This document shows positions 39,272-48,141 of a stretch of DNA of 48,141 bases, one piece after another. The stretch is from the IMG/VR virus record IMGVR_UViG_2675903658_000004; one strand, written 5' to 3'. Origin of the DNA: a virus (taxonomy: Duplodnaviria; Heunggongvirae; Uroviricota; Caudoviricetes). The notes below the pieces were generated by a model. The model was not told the DNA's origin, ran no database searches, and saw only the letters and a program-made list of their open reading frames with translations. Numbering within the stretch: position 1 is the stretch's first letter; the number at the start of each line of letters is the position of its first letter. Position numbers and translations under genes: made by a program.

Positions 39272-40015
39272 ATGACAGAGACAGAATCAGCGATTCTGGC
39301 GCATGCCCGGCGATGTGCGCCAGCGGAGTCGTGCGGCTTCGTGGTGAGAGCGCCGGAGGGGGAAAGATATTTTCCCTGCGTGAATATCTCCGGTGAGCCG
39401 GAGGCGTATTTCCGGATGGCTCCGGAGGACTGGCTGCAGGCAGAGATGCAGGGTGAGATTGTGGCGCTGGTCCACAGTCATCCCGGTGGTCTGCCCTGGC
39501 TGAGTGAGGCCGACCGGCGGCTGCAGGTGCAGAGTGATTTGCCGTGGTGGCTGGTCTGCCGGGGGGCGATTCATAAGTTCCGCTGTGTGCCGCATCTCAC
39601 CGGGCGGCGCTTTGAGCACGGGGTGACGGACTGTTACACGCTGTTCCGGGACGCTTACCATCTGGCGGGGATTGAGATGCCGGACTTTCATCGTGAGGAT
39701 GACTGGTGGCGTAACGGCCAGAATCTCTATCTTGATAATCTGGAGGCCACAGGGCTGTATCAGGTGCCGTTGTCAGCGGCGCAGCCGGGCGATGTGCTGC
39801 TGTGCTGCTTTGGTTCATCGGTGCCGAATCATGCCGCTATTTACTGTGGTGACGGCGAGCTGCTGCACCATATTCCTGAACAACTGAGTAAACGAGAGAG
39901 GTATACCGACAAATGGCAGCGACGCACACACTCCCTCTGGCGTCACCGGGCATGGCGCGCATCTGCCTTTACGGGGATTTACAACGATTTGGCCGCCGCA
40001 TCGACCTTCGTGTGA
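39272..40015 (+). CDS. K: tail tip assembly protein K (JAB/MPN plus NlpC/P60-like domains)
   Basis: 247-aa protein matching recalled lambda gpK. Confidence 0.9.
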   Translation: MTETESAILAHARRCAPAESCGFVVRAPEGERYFPCVNISGEPEAYFRMAPEDWLQAEMQGEIVALVHSHPGGLPWLSEADRRLQVQSDLPWWLVCRGAIHKFRCVPHLTGRRFEHGVTDCYTLFRDAYHLAGIEMPDFHREDDWWRNGQNLYLDNLEATGLYQVPLSAAQPGDVLLCCFGSSVPNHAAIYCGDGELLHHIPEQLSKRERYTDKWQRRTHSLWRHRAWRASAFTGIYNDLAAASTFV

Positions 40016-40584
40016 AAACGGGGGCTGAAGCCATCCGCGCACTGGCCACACAGCTCCCGGTGTTTCGTCAGAAACTGAGCGACGGCTGGTATCAGGTACG
40101 GATTGCCGGGCGGGACGTCAGCACGTCCGGGTTAACGGCGCAGTTACATGAGACTCTGCCTGATGGCGCTGTGATTCATATTGTTCCCAGAGTCGCCGGG
40201 GCCAAGTCAGGTGGCGTATTCCAGATTGTCCTGGGGGCTGCCGCCATTGCCGGATCATTCTTTACCGCCGGAGCCACCCTTGCAGCATGGGGGGCAGCCA
40301 TTGGGGCCGGTGGTATGACCGGCATCCTGTTTTCTCTCGGTGCCAGTATGGTGCTCGGTGGTGTGGCGCAGATGCTGGCACCGAAAGCCAGAACTCCCCG
40401 TACACAGACAACGGATAACGGCAAACAGAACACCTATTTCTCCTCACTGGATAACATGGTTGCCCAGGGCAATGTTCTGCCGGTTCTGTACGGTGAAATG
40501 CGCGTGGGGTCACGCGTGGTTTCTCAGGAGATCAGCACGGCAGACGAAGGGGATGGTGGTCAGGTTGTGGTGATTGGTCGCTGA
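39913..40584 (+). CDS. I: tail assembly protein I
   Basis: 223-aa protein matching recalled lambda gpI. Confidence 0.9.
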   Translation: MAATHTLPLASPGMARICLYGDLQRFGRRIDLRVKTGAEAIRALATQLPVFRQKLSDGWYQVRIAGRDVSTSGLTAQLHETLPDGAVIHIVPRVAGAKSGGVFQIVLGAAAIAGSFFTAGATLAAWGAAIGAGGMTGILFSLGASMVLGGVAQMLAPKARTPRTQTTDNGKQNTYFSSLDNMVAQGNVLPVLYGEMRVGSRVVSQEISTADEGDGGQVVVIGR

Positions 40585-40644
40585 TGCAAAATGTTTTATG
40601 TGAAACCGCCTCCGGGCGGTTTTATCGTTTATGGAGCATGAGGA

Positions 40645-43600
40645 ATGGGTAAAGGCAGCAGTAAGGGGCATACCCCGCGCGAAGCGAAGGACAACCTGAA
40701 ATCATCCCAGATGCTGAGCGTGATAGACGCCATCAGCGAAGGGCCGGTTGAAGGTCCGGTGGATGGATTAAAAAGCGTGCTGCTGAACAGTACGCCGGTG
40801 CTGGACAGTGAGGGGAATACCAATATATTCGGCGTCACGGTGGTGTTCCGGGCCGGTGAGCAGGAGCAGACACCGCCGGAGGGATTTGAATCCTCCGGCT
40901 CCGAGACGGTGCTCGGTACAGAAGTGAAATATGACACGCCGATCACCCGGACCATCACGTCGGCAAACATTGACCGTCTGCGTTTTACTTTCGGCGTGCA
41001 GGCACTGGTGGAAACCACCTCAAAGGGGGACAGGAATCCATCGGAAGTCCGCCTGCTGGTTCAGATTCAACGTAACGGTGGCTGGGTGACGGAAAAAGAC
41101 ATCACCATTAAGGGCAAAACCACGTCGCAGTATCTGGCCTCGGTGGTGGTGGATAACCTGCCGCCGCGCCCGTTTAATATCCGGATGCGCAGGATGACGC
41201 CGGACAGCACCACAGACCAGTTGCAGAACAAAACGCTCTGGTCGTCATACACCGAAATCATCGATGTGAAACAGTGCTACCCGAACACGGCACTGGTCGG
41301 CGTACAGGTGGACTCGGAGCAGTTCGGCAGCCAGCAGGTGAGCCGTAATTATCATCTTCGCGGGCGCATTCTGCAGGTGCCGTCGAACTATAACCCGCAG
41401 ACGCGGCAATACAGCGGTATCTGGGACGGAACGTTTAAGCCAGCATACAGCAACAACATGGCCTGGTGTCTGTGGGATATGCTGACCCATCCGCGCTACG
41501 GCATGGGGAAACGTCTTGGTGCGGCAGATGTGGATAAATGGGCGCTGTATGTCATCGGCCAGAATTGCGACCAGTCAGTGCCGGACGGCTTTGGCGGCAC
41601 GGAGCCGCGCATCACCTGTAATGCGTACCTGACCACACAGCGCAAGGCGTGGGATGTGCTCAGTGATTTTTGCTCGGCGATGCGCTGTATGCCGGTATGG
41701 AACGGGCAGACGCTGACATTCGTGCAGGACCGACCGTCGGATAAGGTGTGGACCTATAACCGCAGTAATGTGGTGATGCCGGATGATGGCGCGCCGTTCC
41801 GCTACAGCTTCAGCGCCCTGAAAGACCGCCATAATGCCGTTGAGGTGAACTGGATTGACCCGGATAACGGCTGGGAGACGGCGACAGAGCTTGTGGAGGA
41901 CACGCAGGCCATTGCCCGTTACGGTCGTAACGTCACGAAGATGGATGCCTTTGGCTGTACCAGCCGGGGGCAGGCACACCGCGCCGGGCTGTGGCTGATT
42001 AAAACGGAGCTGCTGGAAACGCAGACCGTGGACTTCAGCGTGGGTGCAGAAGGGCTTCGCCATGTACCGGGCGATGTCATTGAAATCTGTGATGATGACT
42101 ATGCGGGGATCAGCATCGGCGGGCGCGTGCTGGCGGTGAACAACCAGACGCGGACACTGACGCTCGACCGTGAAATCACGCTGCCATCCTCCGGCACCAC
42201 GCTGATAAGCCTGGCTGACGGACAGGGGAATCCGGTCAGCGTGGAGGTCCAGTCCGTCACCGACGGCGTGAAGGTAAAAGTGAGCCGTGTTCCTGACGGC
42301 GTTGCAGAATACAGCGTGTGGGGGCTGAAGTTGCCAACGTTGCGCCAGCGCCTGTTCCGCTGTGTGAGTATCCGTGAGAACGATGACGGCACGTATGCCA
42401 TCACTGCCGTGCAGCATGTACCGGAAAAAGAGGCCATCGTGGATAACGGGGCGCACTTTGACGGCGACCAGAGCGGCACGGTGAATGGTGTCACGCCGCC
42501 AGCGGTGCAGCACCTGACTGCCGAAGTCACCGCAGACAGCGGGGAATATCAGGTGCTGGCGCGCTGGGACACGCCGAAGGTGGTGAAGGGGGTGAGCTTT
42601 ATGCTTCGCCTGACCGTGGCAGCGGATGACGGCAGTGAGCGGCTGGTCAGCACGGCCCGGACGACGGAAACCACATACCGCTTCAGGCAACTGGCGCTGG
42701 GGAACTACAGGCTGACAGTCCGGGCGGTAAATGCGTGGGGGCAGCAGGGCGATCCGGCATCGGTATCGTTCCGGATTGCCGCACCGGCAGCGCCGTCGCA
42801 GATTGAGCTGACACCGGGGTATTTTCAGATAACCGCCACGCCGCATCTTGCGGTTTATGATCCGACGGTACAGTTTGAGTTCTGGTTCTCGGAAAAGCGG
42901 ATTGCGGATATCAGGCAGGTTGAAACCACAGCACGCTATCTTGGCACGGCGCTGTACTGGATAGCCGCCAGTATCAATATCAAACCGGGCCATGATTATT
43001 ATTTTTACATCCGCAGTGTGAACACCGTTGGCAAATCGGCATTTGTGGAGGCTGTTGGCCAGCCGAGTGATGATGCATCCGGCTATCTGAATTTTTTCAA
43101 AGGAGAGATAGGGAAAACCCATCTGGCTCAGGAGTTGTGGACGCAGATTGATAACGGTCAGCTTGCGCCTGACCTGGCTGAAATCAGGACGTCCATTACG
43201 GGTGTCAGCAATGAAATCACGCAGACCGTCAATAAGAAACTGGAAGACCAGAGTGCAGCGATCCAGCAGATACAGAAGGTTCAGGTTGATACAAATAATA
43301 ACCTGAACAGCATGTGGGCTGTGAAGCTGCAGCAGATGCAGGACGGACGCCTTTATATCGCGGGTATTGGTGCCGGTGTTGAGAATACTCCTGACGGTAT
43401 GCAGAGTCAGGTGCTGCTGGCGGCGGACAGGATTGCGATGATTAATCCTGCGAATGGCAACACAAAGCCGATGTTTGTTGGGCAGGGCGATCAGATATTC
43501 ATGAACGAAGTGTTCCTGAAATATCTGACGGCTCCCACCATTACCAGCGGTGGCAATCCCCCAACGTTTTCACTGACACCTGATGGTCGACTTTCTGCGA

Positions 43601-44127
43601 AAAATGCGGATATCAGCGGTAACGTGAACGCGAACTCCGGGACGCTCAACAACGTCACGATTAATCAGAACTGTCGGATTCTGGGAAAACTGTCAGCTAA
43701 CCAGATTGAAGGTGATATTGTCAAAACGGTGGGAAAAGCCTTTCCGAGAAATGGCAGTTATGCCAGCGGTACAATAACGGTCACTGTGTACGATGACCAG
43801 GCTTTTGACCGTCAGATAGTAGTCCCCCCCGTTCTGTTTCGTGGGGGTAAGCATGAAAACTTCAACAGCAACAACCAACAGTCATACTGGTATTCAACCT
43901 GTAAGCTGCAGGTACTGAAGAACGGACAGGAAATCTTTCAGCAACCCGCGACGGATGTCAGCAGGGTATTTTCATCAGTCATTGATATGCCTGCCGGACA
44001 CGGCCATGTCACCCTGACTTTCAATGTTTCTTCATATGGTGCTAATAACTGGACGCCAACGACCAGTATCAGCGACCTTCTTGTTGTTGTGATGAAGAAA
44101 TCTACAGCCGGTATCAGTATCAGTTGA
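40645..44127 (+). CDS. J: central tail fiber / host specificity protein J
   Basis: 1160 aa, lambda gpJ-like over most of its length. Confidence 0.95.
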   Translation: MGKGSSKGHTPREAKDNLKSSQMLSVIDAISEGPVEGPVDGLKSVLLNSTPVLDSEGNTNIFGVTVVFRAGEQEQTPPEGFESSGSETVLGTEVKYDTPITRTITSANIDRLRFTFGVQALVETTSKGDRNPSEVRLLVQIQRNGGWVTEKDITIKGKTTSQYLASVVVDNLPPRPFNIRMRRMTPDSTTDQLQNKTLWSSYTEIIDVKQCYPNTALVGVQVDSEQFGSQQVSRNYHLRGRILQVPSNYNPQTRQYSGIWDGTFKPAYSNNMAWCLWDMLTHPRYGMGKRLGAADVDKWALYVIGQNCDQSVPDGFGGTEPRITCNAYLTTQRKAWDVLSDFCSAMRCMPVWNGQTLTFVQDRPSDKVWTYNRSNVVMPDDGAPFRYSFSALKDRHNAVEVNWIDPDNGWETATELVEDTQAIARYGRNVTKMDAFGCTSRGQAHRAGLWLIKTELLETQTVDFSVGAEGLRHVPGDVIEICDDDYAGISIGGRVLAVNNQTRTLTLDREITLPSSGTTLISLADGQGNPVSVEVQSVTDGVKVKVSRVPDGVAEYSVWGLKLPTLRQRLFRCVSIRENDDGTYAITAVQHVPEKEAIVDNGAHFDGDQSGTVNGVTPPAVQHLTAEVTADSGEYQVLARWDTPKVVKGVSFMLRLTVAADDGSERLVSTARTTETTYRFRQLALGNYRLTVRAVNAWGQQGDPASVSFRIAAPAAPSQIELTPGYFQITATPHLAVYDPTVQFEFWFSEKRIADIRQVETTARYLGTALYWIAASINIKPGHDYYFYIRSVNTVGKSAFVEAVGQPSDDASGYLNFFKGEIGKTHLAQELWTQIDNGQLAPDLAEIRTSITGVSNEITQTVNKKLEDQSAAIQQIQKVQVDTNNNLNSMWAVKLQQMQDGRLYIAGIGAGVENTPDGMQSQVLLAADRIAMINPANGNTKPMFVGQGDQIFMNEVFLKYLTAPTITSGGNPPTFSLTPDGRLSAKNADISGNVNANSGTLNNVTINQNCRILGKLSANQIEGDIVKTVGKAFPRNGSYASGTITVTVYDDQAFDRQIVVPPVLFRGGKHENFNSNNQQSYWYSTCKLQVLKNGQEIFQQPATDVSRVFSSVIDMPAGHGHVTLTFNVSSYGANNWTPTTSISDLLVVVMKKSTAGISIS

Positions 44128-44146
44128 ATTTTATAACCCAGATACG

Positions 44147-44170
44147 GGCGCCAGAAATGGCGCCTTTTTT
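44147..44170 (+). terminator. rho-independent terminator after J
   Basis: GGCGCC / GGCGCC perfect 6-bp stem with loop AGAAAT, followed by TTTTTT. Confidence 0.55.
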
Positions 44171-44179
44171 ATTTGTGGA

Positions 44180-46189
44180 GTGAATATGGCAGTACAGATT
44201 TCAGGCGTGCTGAAAGACGGTGCAGGAAAACCGATACAGAACTGCACCATTCAGCTCAAAGCAAAACGTAACAGCACCACGGTTGTGGTGAACACGGTGG
44301 CCTCAGAAAATCCGGATGAAGCCGGACGTTACAGCATGGATGTCGAGTATGGCCAGTACAGCGTTATCCTGCTGGTTGAAGGTTTTCCGCCTTCACATGC
44401 CGGGGCCATCACCGTGTATGAGGATTCTAAGCCGGGGACATTGAATGATTTTCTGGGCGCTGCAACAGAAGATGATGTTCGTCCGGAGGCACTGTATCGT
44501 TTTGAAAAGATGGTGGAAGAGGTGGCACGCAACGCTGAAGCCGCCTCTCAGAGCGCAGCGGCAGCAAAGAAATCAGAAACAGCAGCGGCATCGTCCAGGA
44601 ATGCGGCGAAAACATCAGAGACGAATGCAGGTAACAGCGCGAAAGCGGCAGCTTCTTCAAAAACAGCCGCACAAAACGCAGCAACAGCGGCAGAACGTTC
44701 AGAGACAAATGCCCGTGCGTCAGAAGAAGCCTCCGCAGACAGTGAAGAGGCTTCCCGCCGTAATGCAGAGTCAGCCGCTGAAAATGCCGGAGTCGCCACC
44801 ACAAAAGCGCGGGAGGCCGCAGCAGACGCAACAAAGGCCGGGCAGAAAAAGGATGAGGCTCTGTCGGCAGCGACACGGGCTGAAAAGGCGGCAGACCGCG
44901 CAGAAGTCGCAGCGGAAGTGACTGCAGAGCCCTATGCGAATATAGTGCCGCCGCTGCCTGATGTGTGGATACCGTTTAACGATTCACTGGATATGATTGC
45001 GGGTTTTTCTCCGGGCTATAAAAAAATAGCTATTGGTGACGATGTGGTTCAGGTCGCCAGTGATAAACAGGTTAATTTCAGTCGCGCATCAACGGCAACA
45101 TATATCAACAAATCTGGCGAACTGAAAACGGCGGAAATTAATGAGCCGCGATTTGAGTGTGATGGCCTGCTTATTGAGGGACAAAGAACGAACTACATGC
45201 TCAATTCGGAAAGTCCAGCCAGCTGGGGGAAGTCATCAAACATGGATGTGCCCGAAACCGGGACAGATAGTTTTGGTTTTACTTATGGAAAGTTTGTCTG
45301 CAACGATTCTCTGGTTGGGCAAACTTCGGCTATTAATATGGCATCAATTGCTGCAACAAAGTCAGTTGATGTCTCAGGCGATAACAAGTACGTGACAACC
45401 TCATGCCGTTTTAAAACAGAACGACAGGTAAGGTTACGTATACGGTTTGATAAGTATGATGGTAGTGCAACAACTTTTCTTGGCGATGCGTACATTGATA
45501 CGCAAACGCTTGAAATTAATATGACAGGTGGGGCTGCCGGCAGAATTACGGCACGAGTCAGGAAGGATAAGACCACAGGCTGGATTTTTGCAGAGGCAAC
45601 GATTCAGGCAATTGATGGTGAGTTAAAAATAGGCTCTCAGATACAGTATTCTCCTGAGCGGGGTGGGGCAACAGTATCTGGTGACTATATTTATCTTGCC
45701 ACCCCACAAGTAGAGAATGGGCCGTGTGTATCATCATTTATTATTTCAGGAGGCAGCGCAACGACAAGAGCCAGTGATTTGGTTAGTATCCCCACCAGAA
45801 ATAATCTTTATAAGTTACCATTTACTTTTTTACTTGAGATTCATAAAAACTGGGATATTGCACCAAACGCCGCACCCCGCGTGTGGGATATAGCAGCAGC
45901 CAATACCGGGCAATCAGCAATTGCAGCAATCAACAGAGGTAGTGGTAAGTTATATATGAGTCTGTCAAACCCTTCAGGCTTGTATGTTAATAGCGCAGCG
46001 ACAGATGTATTTGCAGAGAAAACCACATTTGGATGTATTGCAAAAGCTGATGGTCACTTTCATGTGGTGACAAATGGTAAAGCGGTTAATGAAGTTTATT
46101 GTGAATATAATGGTGTGACCGCTGATAAAAATATCCGATTTGGAGGGCAGACGAATACTGGAGAACGACATCTGTTTGGCCATATTTGA
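44180..46189 (+). CDS. stf: side tail fiber protein (Stf-like N-terminus, distinct C-terminal domain); last 20 codons displaced by IS629 copy 3
   Basis: N-terminus MAVQISGVLKDGAGKPIQNCTIQLKAKRNSTTVVVNTV... matches lambda Stf; Ala/Ser-rich repeats; the ORF's stop TGA is the first three bases of the IS629 terminus. Confidence 0.85.
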   Translation: MNMAVQISGVLKDGAGKPIQNCTIQLKAKRNSTTVVVNTVASENPDEAGRYSMDVEYGQYSVILLVEGFPPSHAGAITVYEDSKPGTLNDFLGAATEDDVRPEALYRFEKMVEEVARNAEAASQSAAAAKKSETAAASSRNAAKTSETNAGNSAKAAASSKTAAQNAATAAERSETNARASEEASADSEEASRRNAESAAENAGVATTKAREAAADATKAGQKKDEALSAATRAEKAADRAEVAAEVTAEPYANIVPPLPDVWIPFNDSLDMIAGFSPGYKKIAIGDDVVQVASDKQVNFSRASTATYINKSGELKTAEINEPRFECDGLLIEGQRTNYMLNSESPASWGKSSNMDVPETGTDSFGFTYGKFVCNDSLVGQTSAINMASIAATKSVDVSGDNKYVTTSCRFKTERQVRLRIRFDKYDGSATTFLGDAYIDTQTLEINMTGGAAGRITARVRKDKTTGWIFAEATIQAIDGELKIGSQIQYSPERGGATVSGDYIYLATPQVENGPCVSSFIISGGSATTRASDLVSIPTRNNLYKLPFTFLLEIHKNWDIAPNAAPRVWDIAAANTGQSAIAAINRGSGKLYMSLSNPSGLYVNSAATDVFAEKTTFGCIAKADGHFHVVTNGKAVNEVYCEYNGVTADKNIRFGGQTNTGERHLFGHI

Positions 46190-46240
46190 ACCGCCCCGGG
46201 AATCCTGGAGACTAAACTTCCTGAGAAAGAGGTAAACAGG

Positions 46241-46567
46241 ATGACTAAAAATACTCGTTTTTCCCCCGAAGTCCGTCAACGGGCAGTCCGTATGGTTCTG
46301 GAAAGTCAGAGCGAATATGACTCACAATGGGCGACAATTTGTTCCATTGCTCCAAAGATTGGCTGTACGCCGGAGACTCTGCGTGTCTGGGTTCGCCAGC
46401 ATGAGCGGGATACCGGGGGCGGTGATGGAGGGCTCACCACCGCTGAACGTCAGCGTCTGAAAGAGCTGGAACGTGAAAATCGTGAACTGCGCTGCAGTAA
46501 CGATATCCTTCGCCAGGCTTCCGCTTATTTTGCGAAGGCGGAGTTCGACCGCCTCTGGAAAAAATGA
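46241..46567 (+). CDS. IS629 OrfA
   Basis: Protein identical to copy 1 OrfA. Confidence 0.9.
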   Translation: MTKNTRFSPEVRQRAVRMVLESQSEYDSQWATICSIAPKIGCTPETLRVWVRQHERDTGGGDGGLTTAERQRLKELERENRELRCSNDILRQASAYFAKAEFDRLWKK

Positions 46568-47454
46568 TGCCACTGCTGGATAAGCTGCGTGAGCAGTACG
46601 GGGTCGGACCGCTATGCAGCGAACTGCATATTGCCCCGTCAACGTATTACCACTGTCAGCAACAGCGACATCATCCGGATAAACGCAGTGCCCGTGCGCA
46701 GCGCGATGACTGGCTGAAGAAAGAGATACAGCGCGTATACGATGAAAATCACAAGGTATACGGTGTGCGTAAAGTCTGGCGTCAGTTGTTACGGGAAGGT
46801 ATCAGAGTGGCCAGATGCACTGTGGCACGTCTCATGGCGGTTATGGGACTTGCCGGTGTTCTCCGGGGTAAAAAGGTCCGTACGACCATCAGCCGGAAAG
46901 CCGTTGCCGCAGGCGACCGCGTAAACCGTCAGTTCGTGGCAGAACGACCTGACCAGCTGTGGGTGGCTGATTTTACTTACGTCAGCACATGGCGGGGCTT
47001 CGTCTATGTGGCGTTCATCATTGATGTGTTTGCCGGATACATCGTGGGGTGGCGGGTCTCATCGTCCATGGAAACGACATTCGTGCTGGATGCACTGGAG
47101 CAGGCGTTATGGGCCCGTCGACCGTCCGGCACGGTCCATCACAGTGATAAAGGTTCTCAGTATGTATCGCTGGCCTACACACAGCGGCTTAAGGAAGCCG
47201 GATTACTGGCATCAACAGGAAGTACAGGCGACTCGTATGACAACGCGATGGCGGAGAGCATCAATGGTCTTTACAAAGCGGAGGTAATACACCGTAAGAG
47301 CTGGAAAAACCGTGCAGAAGTGGAACTGGCCACACTCACGTGGGTGGACTGGTATAACAATCGACGATTGCTGGAAAGGCTGGGCCATACTCCTCCGGCA
47401 GAAGCAGAAAAAGCTTATTATGCTTCCATCGGAAACGATGATCTGGCAGCCTGA
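46564..47454 (+). CDS. IS629 OrfB transposase
   Basis: Protein identical to copy 1 OrfB. Confidence 0.9.
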   Translation: MMPLLDKLREQYGVGPLCSELHIAPSTYYHCQQQRHHPDKRSARAQRDDWLKKEIQRVYDENHKVYGVRKVWRQLLREGIRVARCTVARLMAVMGLAGVLRGKKVRTTISRKAVAAGDRVNRQFVAERPDQLWVADFTYVSTWRGFVYVAFIIDVFAGYIVGWRVSSSMETTFVLDALEQALWARRPSGTVHHSDKGSQYVSLAYTQRLKEAGLLASTGSTGDSYDNAMAESINGLYKAEVIHRKSWKNRAEVELATLTWVDWYNNRRLLERLGHTPPAEAEKAYYASIGNDDLAA

Positions 47455-47556
47455 GTTCACAGATAAAACACTCTCCAGGAAACCCGGGGCGGTTCATATT
47501 CGCAATTTCCGCATATGGCATAAAGAATTAAATGACAGGCAATTAAAAGAGGTCGT

Positions 47557-47835
47557 ATGAAAGATTTAACTTTGAAGTTTCATGACAAACTGCAGTTTAA
47601 GGCCTTCCTGTCATCTCTTGACTGGGAGGAGGATGAAGACCTCCAGAATAAACTGTTAGTCGATGAAATTGGTTTCACCTACACAGAAACAGGGGTAACA
47701 GAAGAGGGAGAACCTGTCTGTGTCCGGAATGACGGTTATTTTGTCAACATTCGCATTCTTGATGACTTGTTTGATGTTTCTGTATTCTCTGATTATGTCG
47801 TGGAGCTGGAAACACCGCTTCGGGAATGGAGCTGA
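47557..47835 (+). CDS. hypothetical acidic protein downstream of the tail fiber
   Basis: 92-aa ORF whose ATG overlaps the reconstructed tail-fiber stop (GTATGA). Confidence 0.45.
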   Translation: MKDLTLKFHDKLQFKAFLSSLDWEEDEDLQNKLLVDEIGFTYTETGVTEEGEPVCVRNDGYFVNIRILDDLFDVSVFSDYVVELETPLREWS

Positions 47836-47847
47836 AAGGAGGAAATA

Positions 47848-48141
47848 ATGGATATAAGCCCCTTACTTCATGCGCTTTGTGCTGTGGCTGCGCAGATACT
47901 GGTTGGTCTTTTTACCGGAAACTGGGCTTACGGAGCGATAGCCGGTTGTACGTTCTTCATTGCGCGTGAACATACCCAGGCAGAATATCGCTGGATTGAA
48001 ATGTTCGGGCATGGCAAGCGAATGAATATGCCGTGGTGGGGCGGTTTTGATCCGCGAGCTTGGGATGTGGCAAGCCTGATGGATTTTGCTGTGCCGGTGG
48101 TGGCGTGTCTGCTGGTCTGGCTGTTGGTTAATCGTGGGTGA
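47848..48141 (+). CDS. hypothetical small membrane protein
   Basis: 97-aa ORF with two hydrophobic segments; GGAGG 7 nt upstream of the ATG; stop is the last codon of the window. Confidence 0.45.
   Translation: MDISPLLHALCAVAAQILVGLFTGNWAYGAIAGCTFFIAREHTQAEYRWIEMFGHGKRMNMPWWGGFDPRAWDVASLMDFAVPVVACLLVWLLVNRG

Larger units (their letters stand above)
46187..47496 (+). mobile_element. IS629 (IS3 family), copy 3
   Basis: 1310 bp; proteins identical to copy 1; flanked by TATT on both sides (4-bp direct repeat). Confidence 0.95.

Noticed and set aside
41575-43122. 515-aa minus-strand ORF inside J
   Set aside because: Entirely antisense to the J coding frame; Arg/His/Pro-rich low-complexity translation; no start context.
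46183-47500. IS629 copy 3 appearing to lack a target-site duplication, suggesting an adjacent deletion
   Set aside because: A 3-bp comparison gives ATT versus TAT, but a 4-bp comparison gives TATT on both sides, and removing the IS restores an in-frame tail-fiber C-terminus, so this is a simple insertion with a 4-bp duplication.
1-48141. CRISPR arrays, rRNA or tRNA genes
   Set aside because: No regularly spaced direct repeats of CRISPR type and no rRNA/tRNA-like sequence seen on either strand; the only structured tandem repeats are the ori iterons and the in-frame C/Nu3 repeats.

Overview
This window is about 48 kb of a lambda-like (lambdoid) prophage from an Escherichia/Shigella-type genome, carrying three identical 1310-bp IS629 copies. 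All calls are by eye from the sequence and the ORF track; no searches or computations were run, and homologies are recalled from lambda/DLP12 proteins. Gene order is lambda-canonical: int-xis, an early-left accessory block, Red recombination (exo, bet, gam), kil-cIII-ea10-ral, sieB, N with nutL/pL, a two-gene operon in the rexAB slot, cI-oR-cro-cII (with oop RNA), O-P-ren, a nin region (ninB, adenine methyltransferase, ninE, rusA, ylcG), Q, a porin moron, the lysis cassette (holin, lysozyme, Rz/Rz1), bor, cos, then the full lambda head and tail module (Nu1 through J) and a side tail fiber. The prophage looks defective: IS629 interrupts replication gene O, a small early gene and the 3' end of the tail fiber gene, and terminase gene A has an in-frame TGA. 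The most interesting candidate for an undescribed system is the AT-rich, translationally coupled two-gene operon at 11296..12602, sitting exactly where lambda carries rexAB; neither protein resembles RexA/RexB or anything I recognise. Other accessory cargo includes the OmpC-family porin, Bor, a TonB-C-like lipoprotein and a phage adenine methyltransferase.
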